28,547 bases of DNA from Eledone cirrhosa (Eukaryota), in contig CAXHJY010000732.1 in the NCBI GenBank assembly GCA_964016885.1, positions 1 to 28,547 of the forward strand. The letters run 5' to 3'. Below are positions 1-17,313 of this stretch, piece by piece. Under the pieces are notes generated by a model. It was not told the DNA's origin. It saw only the letters and a list, made by a program, of their open reading frames with translations, and searched no databases. Within the stretch, counting starts at the first letter, position 1; each line of letters begins with the position of its first letter. The translations under genes were made by a program, and so were the position numbers.

Positions 1-2298
<2,298 letters not shown>

Positions 2299-3462
2299 TG
2301 TGTGGTAGAGGCACTTAGGTAGGTAAATAAGAGTGTTAGGTTGGTAGATCTGGTGGCAAAGTCTTTATATGATTGATGTAGTCTGTGTGTGGAGAAATAT
2401 TATAAGCATTAAAGATAGTGCAAGCATTAAAAGTGTTATAAGTATTGGAGATGCACAGCGCAGGGATGTCAAGTAATTCATGTACTTCGGCATTTTCATG
2501 GTCAAGGGAGTGTATATTTCGATTATATGCCTTTCACATAATCCACGACACTCCAGTTAGAGATCGTAGTCTGGTGTTCTTTAGTTCGATACAGGAGGTT
2601 GTTACGTTTCGAGAAACGCCATTGAATACCGGACGTGTGTGTGTGGCTAAGGGGAGTTAATGCATGCGGGGAGGTAACTCTGGGGTTTCCATATCTAGCC
2701 ATTAAAATGTGTCCCAATATAGACCCTAAATTCTATGGTGAGGTGCACCTTCCAAGAGAGACTTTTAAAGCATAAAGTGTACTAACTATAGAGTAGTTTA
2801 ACTAAATTATGCTGAAGGTGATCATATTATTATTAAGGTGGATTAACCCATCATAAGGTGCTACAAATGGAAATTATAGATGATGAGCGAGGATTCTAAA
2901 TTAATGATCTCTGTGGTTGTAGTCTGCTCATATGGCCAGGCGCGGTGATTGCAGGATTGCTTCAGGACCCAATGATCTCTGGTAAGATCTGGGTCATCAC
3001 TTGCTACATTGGATGTCGAAAGATAATCGTCCCCAGGCAGGCCAAAGGTCAATCCGCAGTCCTCGCGACCCCTCTCTGACCGTCAGATCATCCATATACG
3101 TACAACCCGCACGGCAGTTGCATTGCATTCACTCACTGCGCTCCGCAGCCCGGTCCTACTGGTCAACAGCGCTACTCGATTAAATCATTTTACATCTGTC
3201 TAAGGAAGGTGTTTCCTCTGCCCAACACCATCCAACCGATCAATTCATGCTCAAATTACCCTTAGAGCGGTGTAGTGCCGTCCAAGTGGGTGGATGTTGT
3301 CACACCTGCCGTAGAGGTATAAATGGGTATTTTCCCTGCGAAGGGTTCCAGAGGGATGTCGTTGTTTGTGTTATAATGGATCAGCTAGTGTTGGGTATGT
3401 AGTATAGGGTGTGTCTCTGGTGTTTGATGCTAGATGTGGTGTTAGGTTCCAGTCCGACATTG

Positions 3463-5922
3463 CTATATATAGGGCTTAAAGTTTTGGAAGGAATGTCTGA
3501 GGCGGTGCTGGCAAGTTGCAAACACCTCAGATTTTTTGTTAAGTAGGTTACGGTTGGAGAAGATAATATTGTGTGTCTCTAGTATACAGAGGTTACAGAA
3601 TTTGTTAGGTGGTTTGTACGAGGTCGCGCTGCCTATCACTTCCCATTTGAGTGTGTATGGTTTATTTTTAGATTTTAGATAGTGTATGTAGCTAGAAAGT
3701 GAGGTGGAGTTGGCTAGGCTGTGCTTTTTGAACGAGTGGATGTGCGAGTTATATCTGATTTTGAAGCAGTTAGAAGTGGAGCCTACATAGGTTTCTGAAG
3801 AGTTATTAGTCGTGACTGTGCATGAGTATATGACATCCTTGGTTAGGCATTTTTTATCTAAAGGGCAGGTTCTATTAGCTCTACAGTTACAATTATTCTG
3901 TGCGTTAGTCCGCTGGTTATAATGCAATGCGGAAGTCTGTGTGGTGGATATAGGATTTTGGGTGTTCGGGTTGACAACCCTGGTGTTATTACTTATACTA
4001 GTGTTATTTCTATTGTTACTGCCGTTGCTATTGTTGCTTGCTACAGTGGTATTTAGAGGGTTTGCATCCCGTTGTGATTTTGTTTGTTGGAAGTAAGAAC
4101 TAATTTTACTATTATTGCTGCTAGCTATGTGGTATGCTAAGTTAGGCGTCGTAGAGTAAGAGATTTTAATGGTGTTTTTGTTTAAGAGGTTGTGGTACTT
4201 GTGTCCTAGAGGGAAGTTTTTATCTAGTAGTGAGAAGAAAGCCCTAGGTATGTTGGTGGAGACATTTAGGTTGAAAGGAGGGTTGAAAAATGTATTATTT
4301 CTTCTTCTATTTTTGCTTTTAGTGTTTGGTGTGTTGCTTCCTCCTAAGGCCTCACAGTAGTTTCCATGGTAATGGTTACTTCCGGTGGCACCCTCCGCTT
4401 TGGTGCACTTGTGGTTGCTATTCCTATTATTAGATTTCCTCATGGACATGTTGTGCGAGATGATGTTGTAGCTATGTGTTTTCTTAGGTAGGAACTCAAT
4501 TTCTATATTATGGCCGGAGCTAGCTAATGCTTGATTGTAATATTGTGAGTTTTTGCTAAATATGTTTGCGTCATAGGACAGACTAGAGATTCTATTGGAC
4601 ACCCCCTTAGAGATAGAGTTTAATATTGATCTAGGGTGATTAGACTTGGTATCTACGTAAATAAGTTTCTCATTAGGCTTATGGAAAGGTGTATATATTT
4701 TTGAGTCTAGGTATAGTGTGGCGTCTAGGAAGTTAACATTTTTAGTGTTTTTGTCCATGGTGATACTAAGGTTAAAGTTTTTGAATGTCTTATGCAGTTG
4801 TTTTCTAGTTCTTTCTATATTAAATTTTTTATATTCTATGAGTAGAAGTGCATCATCGCGGTACAAACCACCGTTGAGGTAAGGGAGGTCTTTATGGATT
4901 TCATTGAGGAGGTATAGGCCGACCAAATCAGTGACCTGCGCCGAGTCACTAGATCCCATGGTTATGTCGAAGTTGTTGTGCGTATCCTTGCGTGTCCATA
5001 GTTGGTCCTCGAAGGTGATTATGGTTTTACGGGCCGCAAGGATGACATCAACCTGGGCTCTAGTCAGGTCGCTATTGGCCATGGCCATGATAAGTGCCTT
5101 ATTTAATAGGATAGGGGAAATAGAGGTGTAGTATGAATTGATATCAAATTGAATAAATTTTTTGTTCTTATTATTCTTGATATCCTTAAACCATTCAATT
5201 ACTTCACCCGTATTTCCCCATTGTTTAAGGTGTATCTTGTGTTTAATTTGTGGGATGATTTTATCCAAAATCTTCTTGCTGATAATACCAATGTCGGACT
5301 TGGAAGGGCAGATAAGTCTTATCGTGGGGTTGCTGATGAAGTTCTCCTTATGGTCCTTCAGAGAGAATCTAGGGGGGTTCGGAGTGAAAGGTTGTGTATG
5401 CCTCTGTAGTCCTAGTTTAGACACTATATTATAACCCTCTACATTAATATCTTCTAAGTTTTTCAAGGTGGTTTTTTTGTAGCTTTTATGTAGTTCATTA
5501 TATATAAACTTTCTATAAGTAATATAATCTAGGCTGTATATGTTATTAGTTTTATCTGCGTGTACAATAATTTTATTACTAGTTTTGAATCCACTAATAG
5601 AAGTGTTAAGTTTGTTTAAGAAGGTGTTGCTTCTAATATGGTGCTTATTGTATTTAATGTTCTTAACTAGTTTAACTAGGTCATTTTCAAAGGAGTTAAG
5701 TAGAGTGTTATGAGGGGGGCTTTTAAAGGTTTTAAAGCCGAAGGAGTCAAAATTGTTAGTATTATTCAAGTTGTTAGATTTGTTTCTATCATAATGGAAT
5801 GTCCTCCATCTCACTCTATTGATAAATGAATTTACACTGTTGATCAGCAATTTCTCATATGTATTCCTGGATGGTATTGGTATGTTCTTGGTTGACATGG
5901 GGAGTTGGTCTTTGATTAGCAT
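3463..5922 (-). CDS. Penelope-like RT with C-terminal GIY-YIG endonuclease (819 aa; Nematis/Neptune-like, clade uncertain)
   Basis: RT motifs FIQFDINSYY, ITMGSSDS, GGLYRDD, VNFLD; thumb SNHP; CNC..CPL..C linker; VIY..YVG, RYNSH, CNLCILE, LNKKSE. Confidence 0.96.
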   Translation of the reverse strand: MLIKDQLPMSTKNIPIPSRNTYEKLLINSVNSFINRVRWRTFHYDRNKSNNLNNTNNFDSFGFKTFKSPPHNTLLNSFENDLVKLVKNIKYNKHHIRSNTFLNKLNTSISGFKTSNKIIVHADKTNNIYSLDYITYRKFIYNELHKSYKKTTLKNLEDINVEGYNIVSKLGLQRHTQPFTPNPPRFSLKDHKENFISNPTIRLICPSKSDIGIISKKILDKIIPQIKHKIHLKQWGNTGEVIEWFKDIKNNKNKKFIQFDINSYYTSISPILLNKALIMAMANSDLTRAQVDVILAARKTIITFEDQLWTRKDTHNNFDITMGSSDSAQVTDLVGLYLLNEIHKDLPYLNGGLYRDDALLLIEYKKFNIERTRKQLHKTFKNFNLSITMDKNTKNVNFLDATLYLDSKIYTPFHKPNEKLIYVDTKSNHPRSILNSISKGVSNRISSLSYDANIFSKNSQYYNQALASSGHNIEIEFLPKKTHSYNIISHNMSMRKSNNRNSNHKCTKAEGATGSNHYHGNYCEALGGSNTPNTKSKNRRRNNTFFNPPFNLNVSTNIPRAFFSLLDKNFPLGHKYHNLLNKNTIKISYSTTPNLAYHIASSNNSKISSYFQQTKSQRDANPLNTTVASNNSNGSNNRNNTSISNNTRVVNPNTQNPISTTQTSALHYNQRTNAQNNCNCRANRTCPLDKKCLTKDVIYSCTVTTNNSSETYVGSTSNCFKIRYNSHIHSFKKHSLANSTSLSSYIHYLKSKNKPYTLKWEVIGSATSYKPPNKFCNLCILETHNIIFSNRNLLNKKSEVFATCQHRLRHSFQNFKPYI

Positions 5923-5942
5923 ATTGGCAATATTATATGTCA

Positions 5943-5959
5943 GCTCAACGATATGGAGC
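5943..5959 (-). promoter_or_regulatory. Bulged hairpin GCUC-C auauc G-UU-GAGC, 20 nt upstream of ATG
   Basis: Same motif at the same position in PLE-2 (12823-12840). Confidence 0.6.
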
Positions 5960-6091
5960 AGTTAATAGTATTAGTTATACTATTTATGGTTATGTAAACA
6001 CAAAACCTTAAGCAGTTGTAAGTATTTTACACACACCCTAAATAGTGGTAGGCAGTAATGTATTACTACCTTATTACCAGTAAGTTAAGTA

Positions 6092-6125
6092 GCTCAATGT
6101 AAAAACATCAGATGATTTACAGAGC
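6092..6125 (-). promoter_or_regulatory. Bulged hairpin GCUC-UGUAAA..UUUACA-UU-GAGC just 3' of the pseudo-LTR end
   Basis: Equivalent hairpins at 7563-7623 and 13334-13353. Confidence 0.6.
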
Positions 6126-6129
6126 AGTT

Positions 6130-6497
6130 ATATGAAATATAAGAATCAAAGAACTGTTCAAAACATTATTGTGCTTACAGCTGTTTCCTCCAAACCGAGG
6201 TTTGGATTCTTCGGAGCAATTTATTAATGCATGGACAGTTATATGACCTCCTTTTCAGCCGAGAGACATACCAATACATATTCAAACATTGATACATATT
6301 CAAACATTGTGGGTCAACATTCATTACAGAATTTAGAGTGGCAGTACACACTTCGAGATTACATTTATATTAATAGGTACAATCAAAAATCAAAGATATA
6401 GGTTAAAGTACAACATGAAGATAAGTGGTTGTATAGTGCAAATGTTATATGTGTGGCACGCATGTGCGTCTTGTTTATATAGTGTGGCAGAGAGATA
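6130..6497 (-). repeat. PLE-1 5' pseudo-LTR (partial tandem copy)
   Basis: Direct repeat of 1931-2298. Confidence 0.95.
6172..6218 (-). ncRNA. Hammerhead ribozyme, second copy of 1973-2019
   Basis: Identical sequence. Confidence 0.8.
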
Positions 6498-6507
6498 CTA
6501 ATACTAA

Positions 6508-7040
<533 letters not shown>

Positions 7041-7112
7041 CATTATGAAGAGAGAAGAAACATTTAGATATAATTAGTAATAAAATGTATCATACCTAAA
7101 CTGTTCCTAAAT

Positions 7113-7200
7113 TCCTCGACTACGTAGTTTCGTGGCATAAACAAAAACAATATATCAAAGATATAGAGTCCTTGCGAGGTCTGCCGACTTATCAAGAGGA
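7113..7200 (-). ncRNA. Type I hammerhead with U3-A8 core (UUGAUAA) and expanded stem II
   Basis: UCCUC-UUGAUAA-GU c GGCA...UGCC AC-GAAA-C uacgua G-UC-GAGGA; GUC triplet. Confidence 0.8.
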
Positions 7201-7703
7201 TACCTCATTTTACTAGTCTCAAGAACGCGTCTACACGACGTGAGAAAGAATCCCAAAAGGCGGAGGGGGAGATAGTCACGCGATATAACGGTCGAGAAAC
7301 AGAGCTAAGCCTCTTATAACCACGAAAAAAATACCACGGAGGCGGAGGGGGTATTCATATTGAGGCCGTAGAAGAGGTAGTGAAGAAGGCGAGAAGTATG
7401 AGTAATGGAAGCTTTCCAGTTGTCCCCACACTTCAAAGATTGCTCGACCAGAGGGAGTTATTAATACATTTAGAAACACACAGATACATGCGGACACACA
7501 CATATATACATGAATGCATCCGCACCCAACTGTGAGTTAAGGGTACCAACTTCACCGATGTTGCTCAATGAATGACTGGGACAGACCAATTCAGTTTGAA
7601 CCAGACTGAACCAGTATCAGAGTTAAAAATACATTATGAAGAGAGAAGAAACATTTAGATATAATTAGTAATAAAATGTATCATACCTAAACTGTTCCTA
7701 AAT

Positions 7704-7791
7704 TCCTCGACTACGTAGTTTCGTGGCATAAACAAAAACAATATATCAAAGATATAGAGTCCTTGCGAGGTCTGCCGACTTATCAAGAGGA
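7704..7791 (-). ncRNA. Hammerhead, second copy of 7113-7200
   Basis: Identical at offset 591. Confidence 0.8.
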
Positions 7792-8106
7792 TACCTCATT
7801 TTACTAGTCTCAAGAACGCGTCTACACGACGTGAGAAAGAATCCCAAAAGGCGGAGGGGGAGATAGTCACGCGATATAACGGTCGAGAAACAGAGCTAAG
7901 CCTCTTATAACCACGAAAAAAATACCACGGAGGCGGAGGGGGTATTCATATCGAGGCTGTAGAAGAGGTAGTGAAGAAGGCGAGAAGTATGAGTAATGGA
8001 AGCTTTCCAGTTGTCCCCACACTTCAAAGATTGCTCGACCAGAGGGAGTTATTAATACATTTAGAAACACACAGATACATGCGGACACACACATATATAC
8101 ATGAAT

Positions 8107-8963
<857 letters not shown>

Positions 8964-8969
<6 letters not shown>

Positions 8970-9439
8970 ATTAAATAAATGGAAAACTATATTTATAAAA
9001 CCATATTTATTTCATTATATATATTTCGGGGATATCATATTAACAATATGCTATGCCTTCATCAGACAAAATACATTATAAACAGTTTTATAGATAAATA
9101 TATTCGACATACCGTAATAAACATCAACTTCATTTGAAGAGATTTACTCTAGCAGTGAAAATACAGAGAGAAAGAAAGAGAGAGAGAAAAGAGGGAAATA
9201 AGAAAGAAAGAAAGATAAAACGAAGAAAAGGAAGAAAAAGAAGAAAAAGAAAAAGAAGAAATGCATGGGACAAAATAGAGAGATGGAAAAATAGATAAAG
9301 CGAAGAGCTTCATGTAAAGAGACAGAAAGAGATATATATATATATATAGAGAGAGAGAGGAAATAGAGATAGATACATATATAAATATAGATATAGAAAA
9401 ATTAGGTAGTGGGAGGTCATTTTGAGTAAGTGTATCAAT
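8964..9439 (-). repeat. PLE-2 3' pseudo-LTR
   Basis: Reverse complement of 12853-13328, 2 mismatches seen. Confidence 0.93.
9008..9073 (-). ncRNA. Type I hammerhead ribozyme (CUGAUGA)
   Basis: UAUUUUGU-CUGAUGA-stem II (GG/CC, AUA/UAU, CAUAUU/AAUAUG)-GAAA-U auau A-UA-AUGAAAUA. Confidence 0.85.
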
Positions 9440-9446
9440 GATGCAT

Positions 9447-9485
<39 letters not shown>

Positions 9486-10049
9486 TGTAAGGGAGATATA
9501 TAGAGAGATATAGAGAGATATAGAGAGAGAAAAAATGTTAAAATAGCCAGACATATTCGAGGCGTAGAAAACCCTATGTTTTAATGTATTAGTATTTATA
9601 AAACTTACACTATATTGTAAATATCAGTATTCCTGAATGAAACAAGTATTCACAATGCTTGAAAATTCATTATCTTATGTTTAGTTTTTAAAAAAATTCA
9701 TATGTCTATGTGAATCCAACTGATTCACTCCGCAAATTCAAAGTTACCGGAAAACATTCTCAATGTGGTATAAAAATTTGAGCGTATTATTATTCTTGCG
9801 ATTACTCTACAAGATTATCTATCAAGCAGAAATAGAGAGCAGATTTCAATATACTAATCGAAAATATATATTATATTATAAGCAGAGATAACAATAATAA
9901 TGATAATAAGTAAAAATATATAAAAATATAAAAATATAAAAATATAGAATAGAAAACTAAAAAAGAATATTACGAAAGAATATTACATAATAAAAATATT
10001 GCATATTAAAAATACTACGTATTAAAAATATTACGTATTAAAACTTTAC

Positions 10050-10214
10050 ATATAAAAATAATAAAAATAAAAATTTACATATAAAAATATTAAAAATAAA
10101 AATAAAATAAAATAAAATAAAAATAAAATAAAATAAAAAATAAAAATATTATAGAATACTACAATACTAAAAGAATAAAAATAAAAATAAAAATAAAAAT
10201 GAAAATAAAAATAA
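10050..10214. repeat. (ATAAA)n-rich low-complexity tract in PLE-2 3' UTR
   Basis: Direct reading. Confidence 0.85.
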
Positions 10215-10586
10215 ACCACAAAGAACAACCCTTCAAAGTTAATTGACAATATATTGCCAAGTTCACTACAAGACAAAGCCAAAAATTATCTATCAAATCA
10301 CATCTAGCAAGGAATATCGCAAAAAAGATTATGATGTCCAATAATGTCTACATATGTTCCTATATTTAATATATAAGTTTATCAAGTGTAAGGTTAATTC
10401 AAAAAATTTGGAGCATCGGCTTTTAGGGTAGCTTAATTTTTCATGAGGAATGTTTAGATAAAAATAAAAATAAAAATAAATAAAATAAAATAAACAATAA
10501 AAAGAGTAAAAAGAGGGAATCAAAGATTTAGGAATCAAAAGATTTATCGGCTAGTTCTCATATAAATATAAATCAAACTAAATATA

Positions 10587-12801
10587 CTACATTTTAAATT
10601 TAAATTTATATTTAAACGTTGAGTTTAATCTATGTTTGCAACAACTGAATAAATTTGTCCGTAGGTTAAGGGAATTTTTAGATTTTAGTATAAAGAATAT
10701 CTCCTCTGCGCAGAGGTCACATGTCTCAGAGGATGAATTAAAAGGAATCCCTCTTGAGACTATATTCCAAGCCGTCGAATATCTAACGTTATCTAGCTTA
10801 AGTTGCCAGAGTACACCTGATAGTGCCGTTGAAGATTTTTTATTTGGATCTGTGAAAGAATTCTTGTGGTTATTATAGCGAAGTTTAAATTCCGTCGATG
10901 TGGAACCGACGTAGTTAAAAGAATTAGAGTCAGTATTAACATTACAATTGTATACTATATTTTTAACTAAGCAGTTGTTATTTAACGGACATTTAGATCT
11001 ATCTCTACAGTTACATTTGTTAACTTGTATATTATTTATGCTATTATCAGTAGGTTTTAAGTTCCTATTATTTATTCTATTAATATTTTGTGCTAAATTT
11101 TTGGTGGATGAGAAGGTTAATTTAATTGTATGCCTATTGAAGATTGAGTGGTACCTATGTGTTCTAGGGAAGCGATTATCAAGAGCTTTGAAAAATAATT
11201 TAGCGATGTGGGTTTTAATGTTTAGTGAGAAAGGGGGGGGCAAACCAAATTATGTTCCTAGTTCTATTTCTTTTTTGTCCTTTGGAATTATTGTAATGCT
11301 TTCTATTATAGTTGTTAATGTTGTTGCCGTAATTAAAAAAGTTGTTACTTTGTTTAGTTTGTTTATCATTATCTATGTACACAATCTTATCAGCATACCC
11401 TGCCCTAGCTAGTGCATCATTATAGTATTGGGCCTTTTCGTCAAAAATCTTTCTATTCGACGAGATCCTAGAGATACGTTTTTGGACTGAGTTTACTATA
11501 GTGTTTTTGACAGATCTGGGGTGGTTAGAGTTAAAGTTGACATAGTTTAAGTTTTCATTCAACTTGTGAAAAGGATAGTGGAGACATGTGTTGAGATTTA
11601 ATGTTATATCTAGGAAATTGACTATTCTATGGTTGTTCTCAATTTCTATTTTAAGGTTAAAGTAATTAAAAAATTTTGTAATTTGTTTACATTTTCTATT
11701 TAGTTCAGGGTTATTATTATTAATAAGTAAAAGCATGTCATCCCTATATAAACCTCCGGTAGTACCAGGTATTTTCCTATGTAGCGAATTGATTAAAAAT
11801 AAGCCCACAAGGTCAGTTACCTGAGCTGAGTCGGAAGATCCCATAGTTATGTCAAAATTGCTATCTCTATCTGCTCTGGTCCATAATTTGTCATCAAATT
11901 CTATCAAAGTTTTCCTAGCCGATAATATAATATGCATTTCTTTGCTAGTTAGGTCCGTATGTTTGAATGCGTAATTTAGTGCCTTATTTAGTAGACTAGG
12001 GGTAATAGAAGAATAATAGTTAGCTATATCAAGTTGAATAAACCTATTATTATTGTCATATTTAATTTGCCTAAACCACTCAACAACCTCTCCAGTTCCC
12101 TTCCACAAGCTCAGGTTAGATACATAATCCAAGTTCTTAATTTGCAGTATCACCCTGTCAAGAATGTTTTTGCTTAATTTGCCCAGGTCCGATTTTGAAG
12201 GTGCGATCAATCTAACTGGCAGGTCAATCTCAAAATTCCTCTTGTGGTCCTTCATATTGATCTTCGGTTTCCTGGGCACGAAAGGTTGTGTTCTGTTCTC
12301 AATTTCCAACTCATGCATTATACAAGATGCTTCAACATTCATTTTCTCAAGTTCGGTCTTATCTGCTACCTTGTATTTTTTCCTCAGCTCTTTCAGTATG
12401 AGGCCATTATACATGTCTTTCTGCACTCCATAGAGGTTGTTGGTCTTGTCAGATTTCACCAAGATCTTCTCAGTTTTCTCTAAGCTCTCAATGTTATCCT
12501 TAATGCCTTTCAGATATTCCTGGCCTTTAAAGTTTCTCTTGAATTTGACCCCTTGTATGATAGAAATTATATCGTTTTCAAAGTCAGATAAAAGTTTGTT
12601 AGGGGGTGGATTTCTTTTAGATTTGAAAACTTTGTTTAAGTCCGAGATATTTTCGTCTGCATTAAATTTATCAAAGTGGAATGCACGCCACCTGATTCTC
12701 CTTATAAAAGAGTCAGATTTATCTATTAGTTGTTTTACAAAGTCTTTGTTTCTAGGTAGAGGTATGTCTTTTAGAGAGGAAGTAATCTTAAAGAATTCCA
12801 T
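10587..12801 (-). pseudogene. Penelope-like RT + GIY-YIG ORF split by one frameshift (737 aa if one C is removed)
   Basis: ORF 11215-12801 has FIQLDIANYY, ITMGSSDS, GGLYRDD; ORF 10587-11243 has CNCR..CPL, IVY..YVG, CDLCAEE; frames join at the G8 run 11233-11240 (WFAPPF/S); collinear with PLE-1. Confidence 0.92.
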
Positions 12802-12822
12802 TTTTCAGTTATAATATAAAGC

Positions 12823-12840
12823 GCTCAACAGTATTGGAGC
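12823..12840 (-). promoter_or_regulatory. Bulged hairpin GCUC-CA auac UG-UU-GAGC, 21 nt upstream of ATG
   Basis: Matches 5943-5959 in structure and position. Confidence 0.6.
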
Positions 12841-12852
12841 AAGATAATGTAA

Positions 12853-13328
12853 ATTGATACACTTACTCAAAATGACCTCCCACTACCTAATTTTTCTATA
12901 TCTATATTTATATATGTATCTATCTCTATTTCCTCTCTCTCTCTATATATATATATATATCTCTTTCTGTCTCTTTACATGAAGCTCTTCGCTTTATCTA
13001 TTTTTCCATCTCTCTATTTTGTCCCATGCATTTCTTCTTTTTCTTTTTCTTCTTTTTCTTCCTTTTCTTCGTTTTGTCTTTCTTTCTTTCTTATTTCCCT
13101 CTTTTCTCTCTCTCTTTCTTTCTCTCTGTATTTTCACTGCTAGAGTAAATCTCTTCAAATGAAGTTGATGTTTATTACGGTATGTCGAATATATTTATCT
13201 ATAAAACTGTTTATATTGTATTTTGTCTGATGAAGGCATAGCATATTGTTAATATGATATCCCCGAAATATATATAATGAAATAAATATGGTTTTATAAA
13301 TATAGTTTTCCATTTATTTAATATTGTA
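12853..13328 (+). repeat. PLE-2 inverted pseudo-LTR
   Basis: Inverted repeat of 8964-9439. Confidence 0.93.
13219..13284 (+). ncRNA. Hammerhead ribozyme, inverted copy of 9008-9073
   Basis: CTGATGA at 13227, GAAA at 13265. Confidence 0.85.
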
Positions 13329-13333
13329 AATAT

Positions 13334-13353
13334 ACTCCAAGTATTTGTCGAGT
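13334..13353 (+). promoter_or_regulatory. Bulged hairpin ACUC-CAA guau UUG-UC-GAGU just 3' of the pseudo-LTR end
   Basis: Covarying outer pair (A-U instead of G-C) relative to other copies. Confidence 0.6.
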
Positions 13354-13414
13354 GCTTTTATATCAGTTATAAATATTTACTAGTTGTAACCCAACAATTT
13401 TAAATATAACTTTA

Positions 13415-15477
<2,063 letters not shown>

Positions 15478-15478
15478 A

Positions 15479-16546
15479 TTACTCTTTTACCTGTTTAAGC
15501 CATCCGGCTGAGGCCATGCTGGGGCACCGCCCTTGTTGCTACACATTTTATCTCCAGCCTGTATAGGTTGGCCACTGGTGTAGGAGGGAGTTTGTTGCTG
15601 CTGCCCTTAGGTTTCCCTCGTGTCTTGCTGTGGGCTCATCCGGGATCCTGGATAACAAGGTGTCGAGATGTTTCTTAAAGACATCCACCTCCACGTCATG
15701 CAAGTCTCGCAGATGCCTCGGCAGCCTGTTGAAGAGTTGAGGGCCCTTGAATCCCAGGCTATTGCAATACCTGCTCCTTATTCTAGATGTGGAAGACGGG
15801 ACCTTTGGCACCACACAGTGACGTCCTGTTCGACGGTTGGTCCAGCTCCCAATGCCAAAGTTTGGTGCTAGTCCCTCCAGGATTTTCCACATGTAGATCA
15901 CTGCGTATCTCTCCCGTCTTCGCTCCAAGGAGTAGAGGTTCAGTTCCTTCAGCCTCTCCCAGTAGCTTGTCTCCCTCATCTTGGCAATCCTCTTGGTGTA
16001 GCTTCGCTGGATTGCCTCAAGCTCTGTGGTTAGTTTGACACTATGGGGTGACCACAGCTGGGAGCAGTAGTCCAGGCGGCTTAGGACAAAAGTCCTCCAC
16101 AGTGTCAACATGGTGTCTCGATCTCTTGTAAGGAAAGTCCTCAAGATCCAGCCAGCGAATCGTCTACATGCTGTCGCCACCTTCATGATGTGTGAAGAAA
16201 AAGATGCATCATCGCTCATGTCTATGCCCAGGTCTCGTATCGATTTTGACACGGGGATATCGGTCCCTCCTGGTCCTGTGTAGCTGTGTTCCGCTATATT
16301 TGTGTTTGTGTTTGCAGGTTTGTATTGTAGGGCTTGGAATTTGCCAGCATTAAACTGCATGTTGTTTTCTTCCGCCCATCTGTATATGGCATCCAGATCC
16401 TGCTGTAAGAGGGCAGCGTCAGCCGGGTTTTTGATTGCCTGTGCTACCTTAGTGTCATCAGCATAGCTAGTGAGGGATGTTGTTGCATGCACCACAGAGG
16501 GCATGTCCGAGAGAGCCACCAAAAACAGTAGTGGTCCCAGGACTGG
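15479..16546 (-). mobile_element. 5'-truncated CR1/L2-group LINE with intact 3' end
   Basis: RT C-half ORF followed by 3' UTR GGCGGTGCCCCAGCATGGCC..AAACAGGTAAAAGAGTA. Confidence 0.9.
15548..16543 (-). pseudogene. LINE ORF2 fragment, RT C-terminal half
   Basis: VLGPLLF, YADDTK, RDLGI, SRLDYCSQLWSP, LEAIQR, LYSLERRRER; no true start codon. Confidence 0.92.
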
Positions 16547-17047
16547 TAAGTATATATTACCCGTATGTTTTGTGAAGGTATGTATACCTTCTCGTACGCA
16601 TATTTGACTGTTTTGGCGTATAATTTTTACATATTCTGGTATTTAGGGCTTGGTTATGTCTATATGGGAGTTTTGCGTCTGCGTGAGTATGCAGGTTCGT
16701 ACGTATGGTGGGTGTGTGTATATGTGTACTTCTTGTTTTAGTTGACTTACGTCTCCGAACCTTCATGTATTTATTTGTAGGTATGTGTGTGCGCTTGTTA
16801 TATACGTATTTATTTACTTATATACGTTTATATAATTATTTATTTATTTGTACACAAGCATACACACATACACATATTTATATGTGCGTGGTTTTGTATA
16901 CCTATGGTAAGGTTTTGCGTATGCTTGTGTATGTACGTATCTGTTTGCGTGTATGTATTTATTTGTTCCTACTACTTCTGTATTGTATTTATTTACTCTG
17001 TTCTTAACTCTGTAGCTGAGATTCATTCGGTCTCCTAGTTAGAATTT

Positions 17048-17313
17048 TAGTCTACGACTTCTGCTATACCATTTACGTGGTTTTGTCTTTGCACGCTGTT
17101 GTTCTCCACGCTCCACATATGACTTATTATCTTCGTTTTTTCGTTCATTGCCAGAGAACGTCTCTATGCACCACTTAGAGAACATTAGTCAACGACCTCT
17201 TTTATACCATAAACGTGGTTCTGTCCTTGCACGTAATTGTTTTTCACCGCTCCTATTAATGACGTATTATTCGTTTTTTCCCGTTCTTTGCCAGCGAACG
17301 TCACCATGAACCA
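17048..17313 (+). repeat. Two diverged copies of a 138-bp tandem repeat
   Basis: TAGTCTACGAC..ATACCATTTACGTGG..CGTTCATTGCCAGAGAACG versus TAGTCAACGAC..ATACCATAAACGTGG..CGTTCTTTGCCAGCGAACG. Confidence 0.85.

Larger units (their letters stand above)
8964..13412 (-). mobile_element. PLE-2: Penelope-like retroelement with inverted 5' pseudo-LTR
   Basis: RT+GIY-YIG reading frames; 476-bp inverted repeats 8964-9439/12853-13328 with HHRs; about 85-bp extension to ~13412. Confidence 0.93.

Noticed and set aside
3249-3269. GCTC..GAGC hairpin in the PLE-1 3' UTR
   Set aside because: Lacks the upper stem plus 2-nt bulge geometry of the shared motif; may be chance
7276-7503. 75-aa ORF in the 591-bp unit
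   Set aside because: Starts in low-complexity sequence and has no recognisable domain
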